A DNA stretch of 24,000 nt from Sinomonas atrocyanea (GCF_001577305.1 NZ_CP014518.1:135365-159364), one strand, 5' to 3'. Shown: positions 1 through 8,969, counted from the first letter of the stretch. The notes: generated from the sequence alone by a model not told the origin. Program-made: numbers and translations.

Positions 1-64
1 CCCAACGAGTCATCGACCTGGCCTTTCATTCGGCCGCGACACCTCAGCGATAGAGAGAGCAGTC

Positions 65-1132
65 ATGGGAACCACCACTCACCAGGCATCCTTCGGGGAG
101 CCCTCGGCATCCCGCGGGGACACGCAGGTCCAGAACACGGCGTCGCCCGCGACGCGCACCGCCAGGACCTCTCCCGCCGGCGTCCGATCAGGGGCCGCCC
201 GCGCCCTCCGGGCCCTCCCGGGCCCGCTGCTCGGGCTCGTCGCCGTCATGATCGTGTTCTCGATCCTCTCGCCCTACTTCCTCACGTGGCGCAACCTGTC
301 CAACATCATCAGCCAGAACGCCGACCTCGGCATCATGGCGGTCGGGGCCGCGCTGGTCATCCTCATCGGCGGGATCGACCTCTCCGTGGGCTCCAACCTC
401 GCGCTGTCCCTGATGGTCAGCGCGTGGCTGTTCCGCTCGGGGGGCCTGCCGTTCGGCCTGTGCGTCGTGATCGGGCTCGTGACCGGCGCGGCCGTGGGGC
501 TGGTCAATGGGATCCTCTCCACCTACGGGCGCATCCAGCCCTTCGTCGCGACGCTCGCCACCATGTCCGCCTGCGCGGGCCTGGCGCTCTACGTCACCAA
601 CGGCAACCCCATCAACGACTTCCCGGACTGGTACCTCGCCCTCACCAGCACCCCCGTCCTCGGCATCCCGCTCGAGGGGCTCATCATGGTCGCGATCTTC
701 GTGCTCGCCGCCTTCTGGCTCCGCTTCCGCCCCACCGGGCGGGCGCTGTACGCCATCGGAGGCAACGCCGAGGTGGCGCGCCTGTCGGGCCTGAACGTGA
801 CCAGGATCAAGATCGGCGTGTACATGATCGCCGGCCTCCTGGCCGCGGTGGCGGGCGTGATCGTCGGATCCCGGCTCGACTCCGCGCAGCCGACGGCGGG
901 CACGGCCGACCTCCTCAACGTCATCGCCGTGGTCGTGATCGGCGGAGCGAGCCTCTCCGGCGGCTCGGGCGGAATGCTCAACACCTTCATCGGCCTGCTC
1001 ATCATCGGGGTCCTCAACAACGGGATGTCGCTGCTCAATGTCTCCCCGAACCTCCAGCCCGTGGTCATCGGGGTCGCCATCATCGTCGCCGTCCTGACCG
1101 ACCGCGCCAGCCGAAGCCGCCAGGGCTCATGA
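65..1132 (+). CDS. Ribose/simple-sugar ABC transporter permease (RbsC/BPD_transp_2 family)
   Basis: 355-aa ORF, multiple hydrophobic segments; family-typical LVILIGGIDLSVGS, TNGNPI, YAIGGNAEVARLSGL and VVVIGGASLSGGSG motifs. Its partner ATPase and binding protein would lie upstream of the window. Confidence 0.93.
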   Translation: MGTTTHQASFGEPSASRGDTQVQNTASPATRTARTSPAGVRSGAARALRALPGPLLGLVAVMIVFSILSPYFLTWRNLSNIISQNADLGIMAVGAALVILIGGIDLSVGSNLALSLMVSAWLFRSGGLPFGLCVVIGLVTGAAVGLVNGILSTYGRIQPFVATLATMSACAGLALYVTNGNPINDFPDWYLALTSTPVLGIPLEGLIMVAIFVLAAFWLRFRPTGRALYAIGGNAEVARLSGLNVTRIKIGVYMIAGLLAAVAGVIVGSRLDSAQPTAGTADLLNVIAVVVIGGASLSGGSGGMLNTFIGLLIIGVLNNGMSLLNVSPNLQPVVIGVAIIVAVLTDRASRSRQGS

Positions 1133-1162
1133 CGCCGGGCCGCGCGCAGAAGAGGAATCTCC

Positions 1163-2641
1163 ATGTCCACTGAGACGTACATCGTCGAACCGATCGCCGA
1201 GATGCTCGACGAGGCCGATCCGGGGCGGACGCTCGCCCCCTGCGGCATCGACCAGCTCATCATCGGCCCTGACGCGCTGAGCGCCGTGCCGGCCACCCTG
1301 GGCGAGCTCCTGGCCTCCGCGGCGGCGCCGCGGGACGGGGCTGCCCGGGCGCGCGTGGCGCTCCTCGTCGACAGGACCCCGATCCTGCGCGGCGAGCAGA
1401 ACGTCAAGGACGCCGTCGAGGCGCAGCTCGCCGACCAGTTCGACGTCACCCGCACGGTGCTCGACGACGGGCACCCTGAACTCCACGTGGTGGACCCGAT
1501 CCTCGACGAGGCGGCCGAGGCGGCCGCGGGCAAGGCCGCGGTGGTGGCCATCGGCGGGGGCACCATCAGCGACATCGCCAAGGTCGCCGTCCAGCGGGCA
1601 GGGGAGGCCGGAGAGCGGCCGGTCCTGCTCACGGTGCAGACTGCCGCCTCCGTGGACGGCTTCACGGACGACGTCTCCGTGGTCCTCCGCAACGGCGTCA
1701 AGCGCACGGTGCCCTCGGCATGGCCGGACGCGGTGGTCTCGGACACGCTCACCATCGCCGGCGCACCGGAGGCCATGAACCGCGCTGGCTTCGGCGAGAT
1801 GACCTCGATGCTCGTGGCGCCCGCGGACTGGCGCCTCGCCTCCCTCGTGGGGACCGACCCGACGTTCAAGCCCAGCGCGGTGACGCTGCTCGCCTCCGTC
1901 GGCAAGGACCTCGAGAGCTGGAGCGCGGGAGTGCGCGAAGCCCGCTCCGATGCGGTGGCCTCCCTGGCGCGCGCACTCGCCCTGCGCGGCATCGTCACCG
2001 GGGTGGCAGGGACCACGGCCGTGCTCTCCGGCGTCGAACACCTCATCAGCCACATGCTCGACCAGTACCGCGGCGGCCACGGGCTGCCGATCGGCCTCCA
2101 CGGCGCCCAGGTCGGGGCCGGCGCGGTCATCGCCGCGACCGCCTGGGAGATGCTCTTCGAGCGCCTGGAGCGTGCCTCGGACCGGCCGAGGATCGCCACG
2201 AAGGCGCTGGACCGGGGCCGCAGCCGGGAGCGTGTGCTGTCCGCCTTCGAACGGGTCGATCCTAGCCTGCAGGTCGCCGAGGAATGCTGGAAGGACTTCT
2301 CGGCCAAGCTCGACGCCGTGGAGCGGAACCTCCCTCGCATCACTGCTCTGCTGGGCGACTGGGCCGAGGCCCGGGACGAGCTCCGCGGCCTCGTCCGCCC
2401 CGCGGACGCCATCGCCTCGGCCCTCACCGAAGCGGGCGCACCTGCCGCCCTCTCCGATCTCGAACCGGCGGTGGAGCCCGAACTGGGCCGCTGGGCCGTC
2501 GAGAACTGCGCGCTGATGCGCAACCGGTTCACGGTCGTGGACCTGCTCACGCTCCTCGGATGGTGGGAGCCGCAGGATGTGGACGAGGTGCTGGAGCGGG
2601 CCGCGCGCGCCGGCGCGAAGGCGGAAGCAGGAGGGAAGTGA
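1163..2641 (+). CDS. AraM / sn-glycerol-1-phosphate dehydrogenase-like NAD-dependent dehydrogenase (iron-containing ADH superfamily)
   Basis: 492-aa ORF with VVAIGGGTISDIAKVA, TVQTAASVDGFTDDVSVV, GFGEMTS and SGVEHLISHMLD...GLHGAQVG motifs typical of the G1PDH/AraM family. Confidence 0.88.
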   Translation: MSTETYIVEPIAEMLDEADPGRTLAPCGIDQLIIGPDALSAVPATLGELLASAAAPRDGAARARVALLVDRTPILRGEQNVKDAVEAQLADQFDVTRTVLDDGHPELHVVDPILDEAAEAAAGKAAVVAIGGGTISDIAKVAVQRAGEAGERPVLLTVQTAASVDGFTDDVSVVLRNGVKRTVPSAWPDAVVSDTLTIAGAPEAMNRAGFGEMTSMLVAPADWRLASLVGTDPTFKPSAVTLLASVGKDLESWSAGVREARSDAVASLARALALRGIVTGVAGTTAVLSGVEHLISHMLDQYRGGHGLPIGLHGAQVGAGAVIAATAWEMLFERLERASDRPRIATKALDRGRSRERVLSAFERVDPSLQVAEECWKDFSAKLDAVERNLPRITALLGDWAEARDELRGLVRPADAIASALTEAGAPAALSDLEPAVEPELGRWAVENCALMRNRFTVVDLLTLLGWWEPQDVDEVLERAARAGAKAEAGGK

Positions 2642-2645
2642 CACC

Positions 2646-4160
2646 ATGCAGCGGGACTACGTGATCGGCGTCGACTGTTCGACCACCGCCGCCAAGGCGG
2701 TCGTGTGGAACTCCCGCGGCGACGCCCTCGCCCAGGCGCGCTGCGCCTTCGGCCTGAGCCAGCCCCATCCGGGGTGGGGCGAGCAGAATGCAGAGGACTG
2801 GTGGGCGGCCTCGGTCGAGGCGATCCGGCGGGCCTCCCAGGCCGTCGACGTCTCGCGCATCGGCGCCGTGTGCATCACCCACCAGCGCGAGAGCTTCGTC
2901 TGCCTGGACGCCGAGGGCCTCCCCCTCAGGCCCGCGATGCTGTGGCTGGATACCCGGGCCACCAAGGAGGTCTCCGCGTTCGGGACGGAGGAGGTCCACC
3001 GGCTCACCGGCAAGCCCGCCAATCCGACGCCGGCCTGGTACAAGCTGCACTGGCTGGCCGCCAACGAGCCCGACACCGTCGCCCGGATCGGGAAGGTGGT
3101 CGACGTCCACGGCTTCCTCGTCCACCGCTTCACCGGGCAGTGGCTCACCTCCTGGGCCTCCGCCGACCCGCTCGGCCTCGTCGACATGACGACCTTCGAC
3201 TACGACCAGTCCCTCCTGGACGCCGTGGGCCTCGAGCGCGGCCAGCTCAGCGAGCTGCGCGCCCCGGGGAGCGTGCTGGGTCGTCTGACGGACGACGCCG
3301 CGCGGCAGCTCGGTCTTCCCCGCGACGTTGTCGTCGTGGCCGGCGCGGGGGACGGCCAGTGCGCCCAGCTCGGGTCCGGGGCCACGGTGGGCGGGCGGGC
3401 ATACCTCAACCTCGGCAGCGGCATCGTCTCCGGCACGTTCTCCGAGCACTACTCCTACGCCCAGGAATACCGGACGCTCTCGGCGGCCCAGCCGGGCGCG
3501 TACACGCTCGAGACCTTCATCGGCGGCGGCACCATCAACCTGACCTGGTTCGTCGAGAAGTTCTCCGGGATCACGCAGGGCGCGCTCGGCCTCGACCTCA
3601 CTCCCGAGCAGATCCTCGAGACCGCTGCGGCGAAGCTGCCCCCGGGCGCCGAGGGCCTGCTGGCGCTCCCGTACTGGACCGGGGCGCTCACGCCCTACTG
3701 GGACCACCACGCCCGGGGAGTCCTGGTCGGGCTGACCGGCATCCACGGCAAGGCCCACGTCTACCGCGCCCTCCTCGAGGGGCTCGCCTTCGAGCAGCGC
3801 CTCCTGACCACGGGGGCCGAGCAGGCCCTCGCGGAGCCGGTCGCCGAGATCATCGCCCTGGGCGGCGGGTCGCGGAGCCCGGTGTGGTGCCAGATCATCG
3901 CCGACGTCATGCAGCGCAGCGTCTCGGTGGTCCGGGAGCCGGAGAGCACCTGCCTGGGTGCGGGGATGCTGGCGGCCTCGGCCGTGGGCCTCCACGAGTC
4001 CGTCGCGGCCGCGGCCAAGGCCATGAGCGGGCTCGGTGTCTCCTATGAGCCGCGGCCGCAGCAGGCCGCGGTCTACGACCGCCTCTACGACGTCTACCGG
4101 GACATCTACCCGTCCAACCGGGCACTGTTCGCCCGCCTGGCAGAGGCGGTGCGGCCATGA
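2646..4160 (+). CDS. FGGY-family carbohydrate kinase (xylulokinase-like; substrate unassigned)
   Basis: Starts at MQRDYVIGVDCSTTAAKAVVW (ORF track start at 2577 is too early); ITHQRESFV, GAGDGQCAQLGSG and EIIALGGGSRSPVWCQIIADV motifs. Confidence 0.9.
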   Translation: MQRDYVIGVDCSTTAAKAVVWNSRGDALAQARCAFGLSQPHPGWGEQNAEDWWAASVEAIRRASQAVDVSRIGAVCITHQRESFVCLDAEGLPLRPAMLWLDTRATKEVSAFGTEEVHRLTGKPANPTPAWYKLHWLAANEPDTVARIGKVVDVHGFLVHRFTGQWLTSWASADPLGLVDMTTFDYDQSLLDAVGLERGQLSELRAPGSVLGRLTDDAARQLGLPRDVVVVAGAGDGQCAQLGSGATVGGRAYLNLGSGIVSGTFSEHYSYAQEYRTLSAAQPGAYTLETFIGGGTINLTWFVEKFSGITQGALGLDLTPEQILETAAAKLPPGAEGLLALPYWTGALTPYWDHHARGVLVGLTGIHGKAHVYRALLEGLAFEQRLLTTGAEQALAEPVAEIIALGGGSRSPVWCQIIADVMQRSVSVVREPESTCLGAGMLAASAVGLHESVAAAAKAMSGLGVSYEPRPQQAAVYDRLYDVYRDIYPSNRALFARLAEAVRP

Positions 4161-5008
4161 GGGCGCCGGCTCCCGGGGCGCCGGGGGTGCCCGAGGCCAC
4201 GGACGTGAAGGCCTACGAGGGCTACCTCTTCGACCTCGACGGCACGATCTACCTCGGAGACGAGCTCCTGCCCGGAGCCGAGGACCTCATCCGGGGGCTG
4301 CGCAGCTCCGGCCGGGAGACCCTCTTCCTGTCGAACAATCCCACCAAGGACCCCCAGATGTACGCCGACAAGCTGACCAGGCTCGGCCTGGCCACGTCGC
4401 CGGAGCGGATCGTGAACCCCTTGGTCACGATCGTCGCGTGGCTGCGTCGGGAGGCGCCGGGCGCGGCGGTCTTCGTCATCGGCGAGGACCCCCTCGTGCG
4501 GGCCATCAGCGCGGCGGGCTTCCGCCTGACCGAGGACCCCCGGGAGATCGATGTGGTCGTGGCCAGCTACGACCGCGGCTTCGACTACCGCAAGCTGCAG
4601 ATCGCGTTCGATGCGCTGTGGCAGTACCGGCGGGCGCGGCTGGTCGCGACGAATCCCGACGCCTACTGCCCCATGCCGCAGGGCCGGGGCGAACCGGACG
4701 CCGCGGCGGTGATCGCCGCCATCGAGGCGAGCACGGGAGCCAAGTGCGAGGCGAACGTGGGCAAGCCCGCGGCCGTCATGCTCACGACGGCGCTCGAGGT
4801 GCTGGGTCTGCCCGGGGCGCAGTGCCTCATGGTGGGCGACCGGCTGCACACCGACATCGCCATGGCTGCCTCGGCCGGCATCGACTCCGCACTCGTCCTG
4901 ACGGGCGAGAGCACCGAGGAGATGGCGCGCCAGCTTCCGCGGGACCGCCAGCCCACCTACATTCTGCCGCGGATCGACGCGCTTCTGGCCCCGTTCGCCG
5001 GGGCCTAG
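4157..5008 (+). CDS. HAD-superfamily hydrolase, NagD-like sugar/polyol phosphatase
   Basis: GYLFDLDGTIYLGDELLPGA (HAD motif I), LFLSNNPTKD, GKPAAVM and CLMVGDRLHTDIAMAASAGIDSALVLTG; start overlaps kinase stop (ATGA). Confidence 0.9.
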   Translation: MRAPAPGAPGVPEATDVKAYEGYLFDLDGTIYLGDELLPGAEDLIRGLRSSGRETLFLSNNPTKDPQMYADKLTRLGLATSPERIVNPLVTIVAWLRREAPGAAVFVIGEDPLVRAISAAGFRLTEDPREIDVVVASYDRGFDYRKLQIAFDALWQYRRARLVATNPDAYCPMPQGRGEPDAAAVIAAIEASTGAKCEANVGKPAAVMLTTALEVLGLPGAQCLMVGDRLHTDIAMAASAGIDSALVLTGESTEEMARQLPRDRQPTYILPRIDALLAPFAGA

Positions 5009-5029
5009 GAAACCGGGTTGAAGAAGCCC

Positions 5030-5059
5030 TTGCTCCATGGCCGCACCCATCGGTAGAAT
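5030..5059 (+). promoter_or_regulatory. Putative sigma70-type promoter TTGCTC-N18-TAGAAT ahead of E1 alpha
   Basis: Hexamers read at 5030-5035 and 5054-5059 with 18-bp spacer, in an AT-rich gap in an otherwise very GC-rich region. Confidence 0.4.
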
Positions 5060-5069
5060 TTCAATTCAG
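5056..5069 (+). promoter_or_regulatory. Putative operator GAATTTCAATTCAG (shared motif, copy 1)
   Basis: Near-identical to 17563-17576 and to the reverse complement of 20033-20046; overlaps the putative -10 box of the E1 alpha promoter. Confidence 0.5.
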
Positions 5070-5096
5070 ATCAGGAATATTTACTCAAAGCGAGGA

Positions 5097-6086
5097 ATGA
5101 TGGATCTCTCCCCAACCACCCAGCTGGAGATGCAGCGGCGCATGCTGCGGATCCGCCGCTTCGATGAGCGGGCCTCGCGCATGGTCAAGCGCGGGCAGAT
5201 CCCGGGAACCGTGCACACGAGCATCGGCCAGGAGGCCCAGGTCGTGGGCGCCTGCATGGCGCTCGGCGACGGCGACTACATGTCCGGGAACCACCGCAGC
5301 CACGGGCACCCCATCGGCAAGGGCTCGCCGCTGGGCCCGCTGATGGCCGAGCTCGTGGGCAAGGCCACCGGAGTGTGCCAGGGCAAGGGCGGGTCCCTGC
5401 ACCTTGCGGACTTCGCCGTCGGCAGCCTGGGGGAGTCGGGCATCGTCGGCTCCTCGATCCCGATCGCCACCGGTGCGGCCCTGTCGAGCAAGGTGCTCGG
5501 CAACGGCAAGGTCTCCCTGGCGTTCTTCGGGGACGGCGCCGCCAACCAGGGCTGCCTGTACGAGGCGATGAACCTCGCCGGCGTCTGGAAGCTGCCCGTC
5601 GTCTTCCTCTGCGAGAACAACCAGTACGCGCTCTCGACCCCCGCCCACACGGTCACCTCCGGCGTGATCGCCGAGCGTGCCGCCGGATTCGGCATGCCCG
5701 GCGTGCGCGTCGAGGACGGCCAGGACGTCCTCGCGGTCCACGAGGCCGTGGTCGAGGCGGTCGAGCGCGCCCGCCGCGGAGAGGGCCCGTCCCTCGTGGA
5801 GGTGGTGACCTACCGCTTCAACGAGCATTCCGAGGGCCTGCGCCTCGGCACCGACTACCGCGACGCGAGCGAGAAGGCGGCCTGGGTCGAGCGCGACCCG
5901 ATCGTCCTGTTCCGCCAGCGGCTCGAACGTGAAGGGGTGGCCTCCGCCGAGGAGCTGGACGCCCTCGAGGCCGAGGTCATGGCCGAGGTCGACGAGGCGG
6001 TGCGCTTCACCGACGAGAGCCCCTACCCGGACCCCAGCGTCGCCTTCAAAGACCTCTACACCGAACCGATCGGAGCGATCGCATGA
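5097..6086 (+). CDS. TPP-dependent dehydrogenase E1 component alpha subunit (acetoin / pyruvate dehydrogenase type)
   Basis: GDYMSGNHRSHGHPIGKG...GGSLHLAD, GDGAANQGCLYEAMNLAGVWKLPVVFLCENNQYALST (TPP-binding motif). Start probably the ATG at 5097 or 5100 after GAGGA rather than the ORF-track start at 5037. Confidence 0.93.
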   Translation: MMDLSPTTQLEMQRRMLRIRRFDERASRMVKRGQIPGTVHTSIGQEAQVVGACMALGDGDYMSGNHRSHGHPIGKGSPLGPLMAELVGKATGVCQGKGGSLHLADFAVGSLGESGIVGSSIPIATGAALSSKVLGNGKVSLAFFGDGAANQGCLYEAMNLAGVWKLPVVFLCENNQYALSTPAHTVTSGVIAERAAGFGMPGVRVEDGQDVLAVHEAVVEAVERARRGEGPSLVEVVTYRFNEHSEGLRLGTDYRDASEKAAWVERDPIVLFRQRLEREGVASAEELDALEAEVMAEVDEAVRFTDESPYPDPSVAFKDLYTEPIGAIA

Positions 6087-7129
6087 CTGTCATGAGCTAC
6101 CTCGGCGCCATCGGTGCCGCCCAGCGCGAGGCCATGGAGGCCGACGAGCGGGTGGTCATCATCGGCGAGGACGTCGAGGCCAACGTCTACGGCACCACGG
6201 GCGCCGGCAAGTCCCGCAAGGACAAGGGCGACTTCCTGGAGATGTTCGGGTCCAACCGGATCCGCAACACCCCGATCTCCGAGGAGGTCATCGTCGGTTC
6301 GGCCATCGGCGCCGCGATGACGGGCCTGCGCCCTATCGTCGACCTCTCGTACTCGAGCTTCCTGTACATGGCCATGGACCAGTTCGTGAACCAGGCGGCC
6401 AAGAACCGGTACATGTTCGGCGGCCAGGCCTCCATCCCCGTGGTCTTCCGCTCGGCGATGTTCTACGGGCTCAACACCGGAGCGCACCACTCGGACCGCC
6501 CGTACCCGATGTTCATGAACGTCCCCGGCCTGAAGATCATCGTCCCCGCCACCCCGTACGACGCCAAGGGGCTCCTGCGCACTGCGGTCGACACCGACGA
6601 CCCGGTGCTGACCTTCGAGGCCTGCATGCTCTGGGGCAGCAAGGGCGAGGTGCCCGAGGAGGAGTTCTGGATCCCCTTCGGCCAGGCCCGGGTGGCGCGC
6701 CAGGGCAGCGATGTCACGGTGGTCGCGATCTCCAGCGCCGTGCCCGAGGCCCTCGCGGCCGCAGAGGTCCTGGGAGAGGACGGCCTCTCCGTCGAGGTGA
6801 TCGACCCGCGCACCCTCGTGCCGTTCGACACCGAGGCGGTGATCCGGTCCGTGCAGCGCACCGGCCGGCTCGTGATCGCCGATCCCGCGCACCGCACGTG
6901 CTCCGCGGCGGCGGAGATCTCGGCGATCGTCGCGGAGGAGGCCTTCGAGTCGCTCAAGGCGCCGATCATGCGCGTCACGACGCCGGACACCCAGATCCCG
7001 TTCAGCCCGGCGCTCGAGAAGCAGCTGTACCCGAACCGGGCCAAGATCGAGGACGCCATCCGACGGGTCACCGGCCTGATGGCGAACACCTCCAACCCAG
7101 AACTGACGTCGCCCGCGCCGCGGATGTGA
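6083..7129 (+). CDS. TPP-dependent dehydrogenase E1 component beta subunit
   Basis: 348 aa; VVIIGEDVE, TPISEEVIVGSAIGAAMTGLRPIVDLSYSSF, GLKIIVPATPYDAKGLLRTAV; ATGA overlap with alpha subunit. Confidence 0.93.
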   Translation: MTVMSYLGAIGAAQREAMEADERVVIIGEDVEANVYGTTGAGKSRKDKGDFLEMFGSNRIRNTPISEEVIVGSAIGAAMTGLRPIVDLSYSSFLYMAMDQFVNQAAKNRYMFGGQASIPVVFRSAMFYGLNTGAHHSDRPYPMFMNVPGLKIIVPATPYDAKGLLRTAVDTDDPVLTFEACMLWGSKGEVPEEEFWIPFGQARVARQGSDVTVVAISSAVPEALAAAEVLGEDGLSVEVIDPRTLVPFDTEAVIRSVQRTGRLVIADPAHRTCSAAAEISAIVAEEAFESLKAPIMRVTTPDTQIPFSPALEKQLYPNRAKIEDAIRRVTGLMANTSNPELTSPAPRM

Positions 7130-7164
7130 CGGTCCTACAGAACACCGATTGAAGGAGAGAAGAC

Positions 7165-7407
7165 ATGGCTAGAGTCGAGGTCCTGCTGCCGCAGTGGGGT
7201 ATGGGCATGAGCGAGGGCACCGTTGCCACGTGGCTCAAGAACGTCGGGGACAGCGTCGCCGAAGACGAGCCGCTCGCCGAGGTCGAGGCGGAGAAGGTCG
7301 AGGAGACCCTCGAGTCGCCGGCCTCCGGCGTCCTGGCCGAGATCGTCGTCCCCGAGGGCGAGACGGTCGAGGTCCGCGCCGTGCTGGCCTACATCGAGAC
7401 GGCCTGA
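7165..7407 (+). CDS. Standalone lipoyl (biotinyl/lipoyl) domain protein, 80 aa
   Basis: LLPQWGMGMSEGTVATWLKNVGDSVAEDEPLAEVEAEKVEETLESPASGVLAEIVVPEGETVEV; Lys of AEKVE at the lipoylation position; RBS GAAGGAG upstream; ORF ends after the single domain. Confidence 0.92.
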   Translation: MARVEVLLPQWGMGMSEGTVATWLKNVGDSVAEDEPLAEVEAEKVEETLESPASGVLAEIVVPEGETVEVRAVLAYIETA

Positions 7408-7437
7408 CCGGGGCCGGGAGCAGGAAGGGACAGGACC

Positions 7438-8304
7438 ATGCCACAGGTTGACCCCCGCCAGATTGTCGACGAGGCCACCAGCGGCGGCTACGCCGTCGGA
7501 GCGTTCAACATGCACAACGAGGAGACCACCGAGGCCCTCGTCAGGGCCGCCGAGCGCGCCCAGTCTCCGGTCTTCCTCCAGGTCGGACGGGCGATCGTCC
7601 CGCACATGGGCCTCAAGAAGGCCTACGAGATGACGCGGCGGATCGCCGAGGAGTCGGACGCGGAGTACGTCATCCACCTGGACCACGGCCCGTGGGACGA
7701 GGTCTTCGAGGCGATCAAGCTCGGCTTCACGTCCATCATGTACGACGGCGCGCACCTTCCGTTCGAGGAGAACATCCGCACCACCCGCCGGGTGGTCGAG
7801 GTGGCCCACGCATTCGGCATCCCGGTGGAGGCCGAGCTGGGCAAGATCCCCAACGCCGACGAGCAGGTCGACTGGTCCTCGTACTACACCGACGTGGCCG
7901 AGGCCGAGCGGTTCGTTTCCGAGACGGGAGTGGACTTCCTCGCGATCTCCGTGGGCATCGTCCACGGCGTGCCCCTCGCCAAGCCGCAGCCGCTCGACAT
8001 CCAGCGCGTCAAGCAGATCGAGGCCGCGGTCGGCATCCCCCTGGTCCTGCACGGCGCCTCCGGGGTGCCCGACAACGAGATCCTCGCGGCGATGGCCGCC
8101 GGCGTGCACAAGTTCAACGCCGACACGGACCTCCGCCTCGCCTTCCGCTCGGGCATCGAGGATGTCTGGGCCCAGGGCGACCGCCAGCTCGAGGAGGCCA
8201 TGGCCGAAGGCCGCGAGCGCATGATCGAGGCAACCGTCCAGAAGATGAAGCTCTACGGCTGTGCCGGCAAGGCCCAGCATCGCCGGCAGCTGGTCCAGCA
8301 GTGA
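7438..8304 (+). CDS. Class II (FbaA/GatY-type) ketose-bisphosphate aldolase
   Basis: YAVGAFNMHNEE, YVIHLDHGPWDEVFEAIKLGFTSIMYDGAHLPFEENI, VEAELGKI, ISVGIVHG, LVLHGASGVPDNEI, KFNADTDLR. Confidence 0.93.
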   Translation: MPQVDPRQIVDEATSGGYAVGAFNMHNEETTEALVRAAERAQSPVFLQVGRAIVPHMGLKKAYEMTRRIAEESDAEYVIHLDHGPWDEVFEAIKLGFTSIMYDGAHLPFEENIRTTRRVVEVAHAFGIPVEAELGKIPNADEQVDWSSYYTDVAEAERFVSETGVDFLAISVGIVHGVPLAKPQPLDIQRVKQIEAAVGIPLVLHGASGVPDNEILAAMAAGVHKFNADTDLRLAFRSGIEDVWAQGDRQLEEAMAEGRERMIEATVQKMKLYGCAGKAQHRRQLVQQ

Positions 8305-8969
8305 CCACCGAGCAGCGCGAGGACAGCGTCACCACCCCCCTCAAGGGCATCCGGCGCACCGCCGCGCGGCGGATGACGGCCGCCTGGGGCGCGCCGGCGT
8401 TCCACCTCTCGACGAGCGTTGACATGGGTTCGGCGCTCTCCGTGAAGGAGCGCGTCCCGGGGGCCACGGTCACGGACGCCATCCTCGCGGCCTGCGCGGC
8501 GGCGCTCCTGGAGCATCCGGCGATCAACGCCCACTACGCCGACGAGGCCGTGACCGCGTTCGGGCAGGTCAACCTGGGCCTCGCCGTCGACACCCCGGCC
8601 GGACTCATGGTGCCGGTCATCAAGGATGCGGCCCGGCTCGACCTGACTGGCATCGCGGAGGCGAGGCGCGACCTCGCCCAGCGTGCCCGCCAGGGCAGCC
8701 TGACGATGGCGGACGTCTCGGACGGGACCTTCACGGTCTCCAACCTGGGCATGCTGGGCATCGACTACTTCGACGCCATCCTCAACGTGCCCCAGGTGGC
8801 GATCCTCGCCATCGGCACCACGCGCGAGGAGCAGGTCAGGGACGGCGACGGCGCCATCAGCTGGCGCCCTCGGGCCCGGATCACCCTGACGTGCGACCAC
8901 CGGGCCGTCGACGGCGCGACCGGGGCCCGGTTCCTCACCACGGTGAAGGACCGGCTGGAGACCGCGTAG
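8301..8969 (+). CDS. 2-oxoacid dehydrogenase E2 catalytic (acyltransferase) domain only
   Basis: GTG start overlapping aldolase stop (GTGA); VTTEQREDSVTTPLKGIRRTAARRM..., VNLGLAVDTPAGLMVPVIKDA, GTFTVSNLGMLG, LTCDHRAVDGATGARFL (active-site DHRxxDG). No lipoyl or peripheral subunit-binding domain in the 222 aa. The ORF-track start at 7692 lies inside the aldolase. Confidence 0.9.
   Translation: MTTEQREDSVTTPLKGIRRTAARRMTAAWGAPAFHLSTSVDMGSALSVKERVPGATVTDAILAACAAALLEHPAINAHYADEAVTAFGQVNLGLAVDTPAGLMVPVIKDAARLDLTGIAEARRDLAQRARQGSLTMADVSDGTFTVSNLGMLGIDYFDAILNVPQVAILAIGTTREEQVRDGDGAISWRPRARITLTCDHRAVDGATGARFLTTVKDRLETA

Noticed and set aside
589-2550. 653-aa minus-strand ORF (and 1127..2647 minus 506 aa)
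   Set aside because: Antisense to the clearly conserved AraM-like and permease genes; low-complexity Ser/Arg/Gly composition typical of high-GC shadow frames, no recognisable domain.
7692-8300. N-terminal ~200 aa of the ORF-track 425-aa protein ending in E2
   Set aside because: This stretch is an out-of-frame translation of the aldolase gene; the real E2 domain begins at the GTG at 8301, so it is not a fused N-terminal domain.
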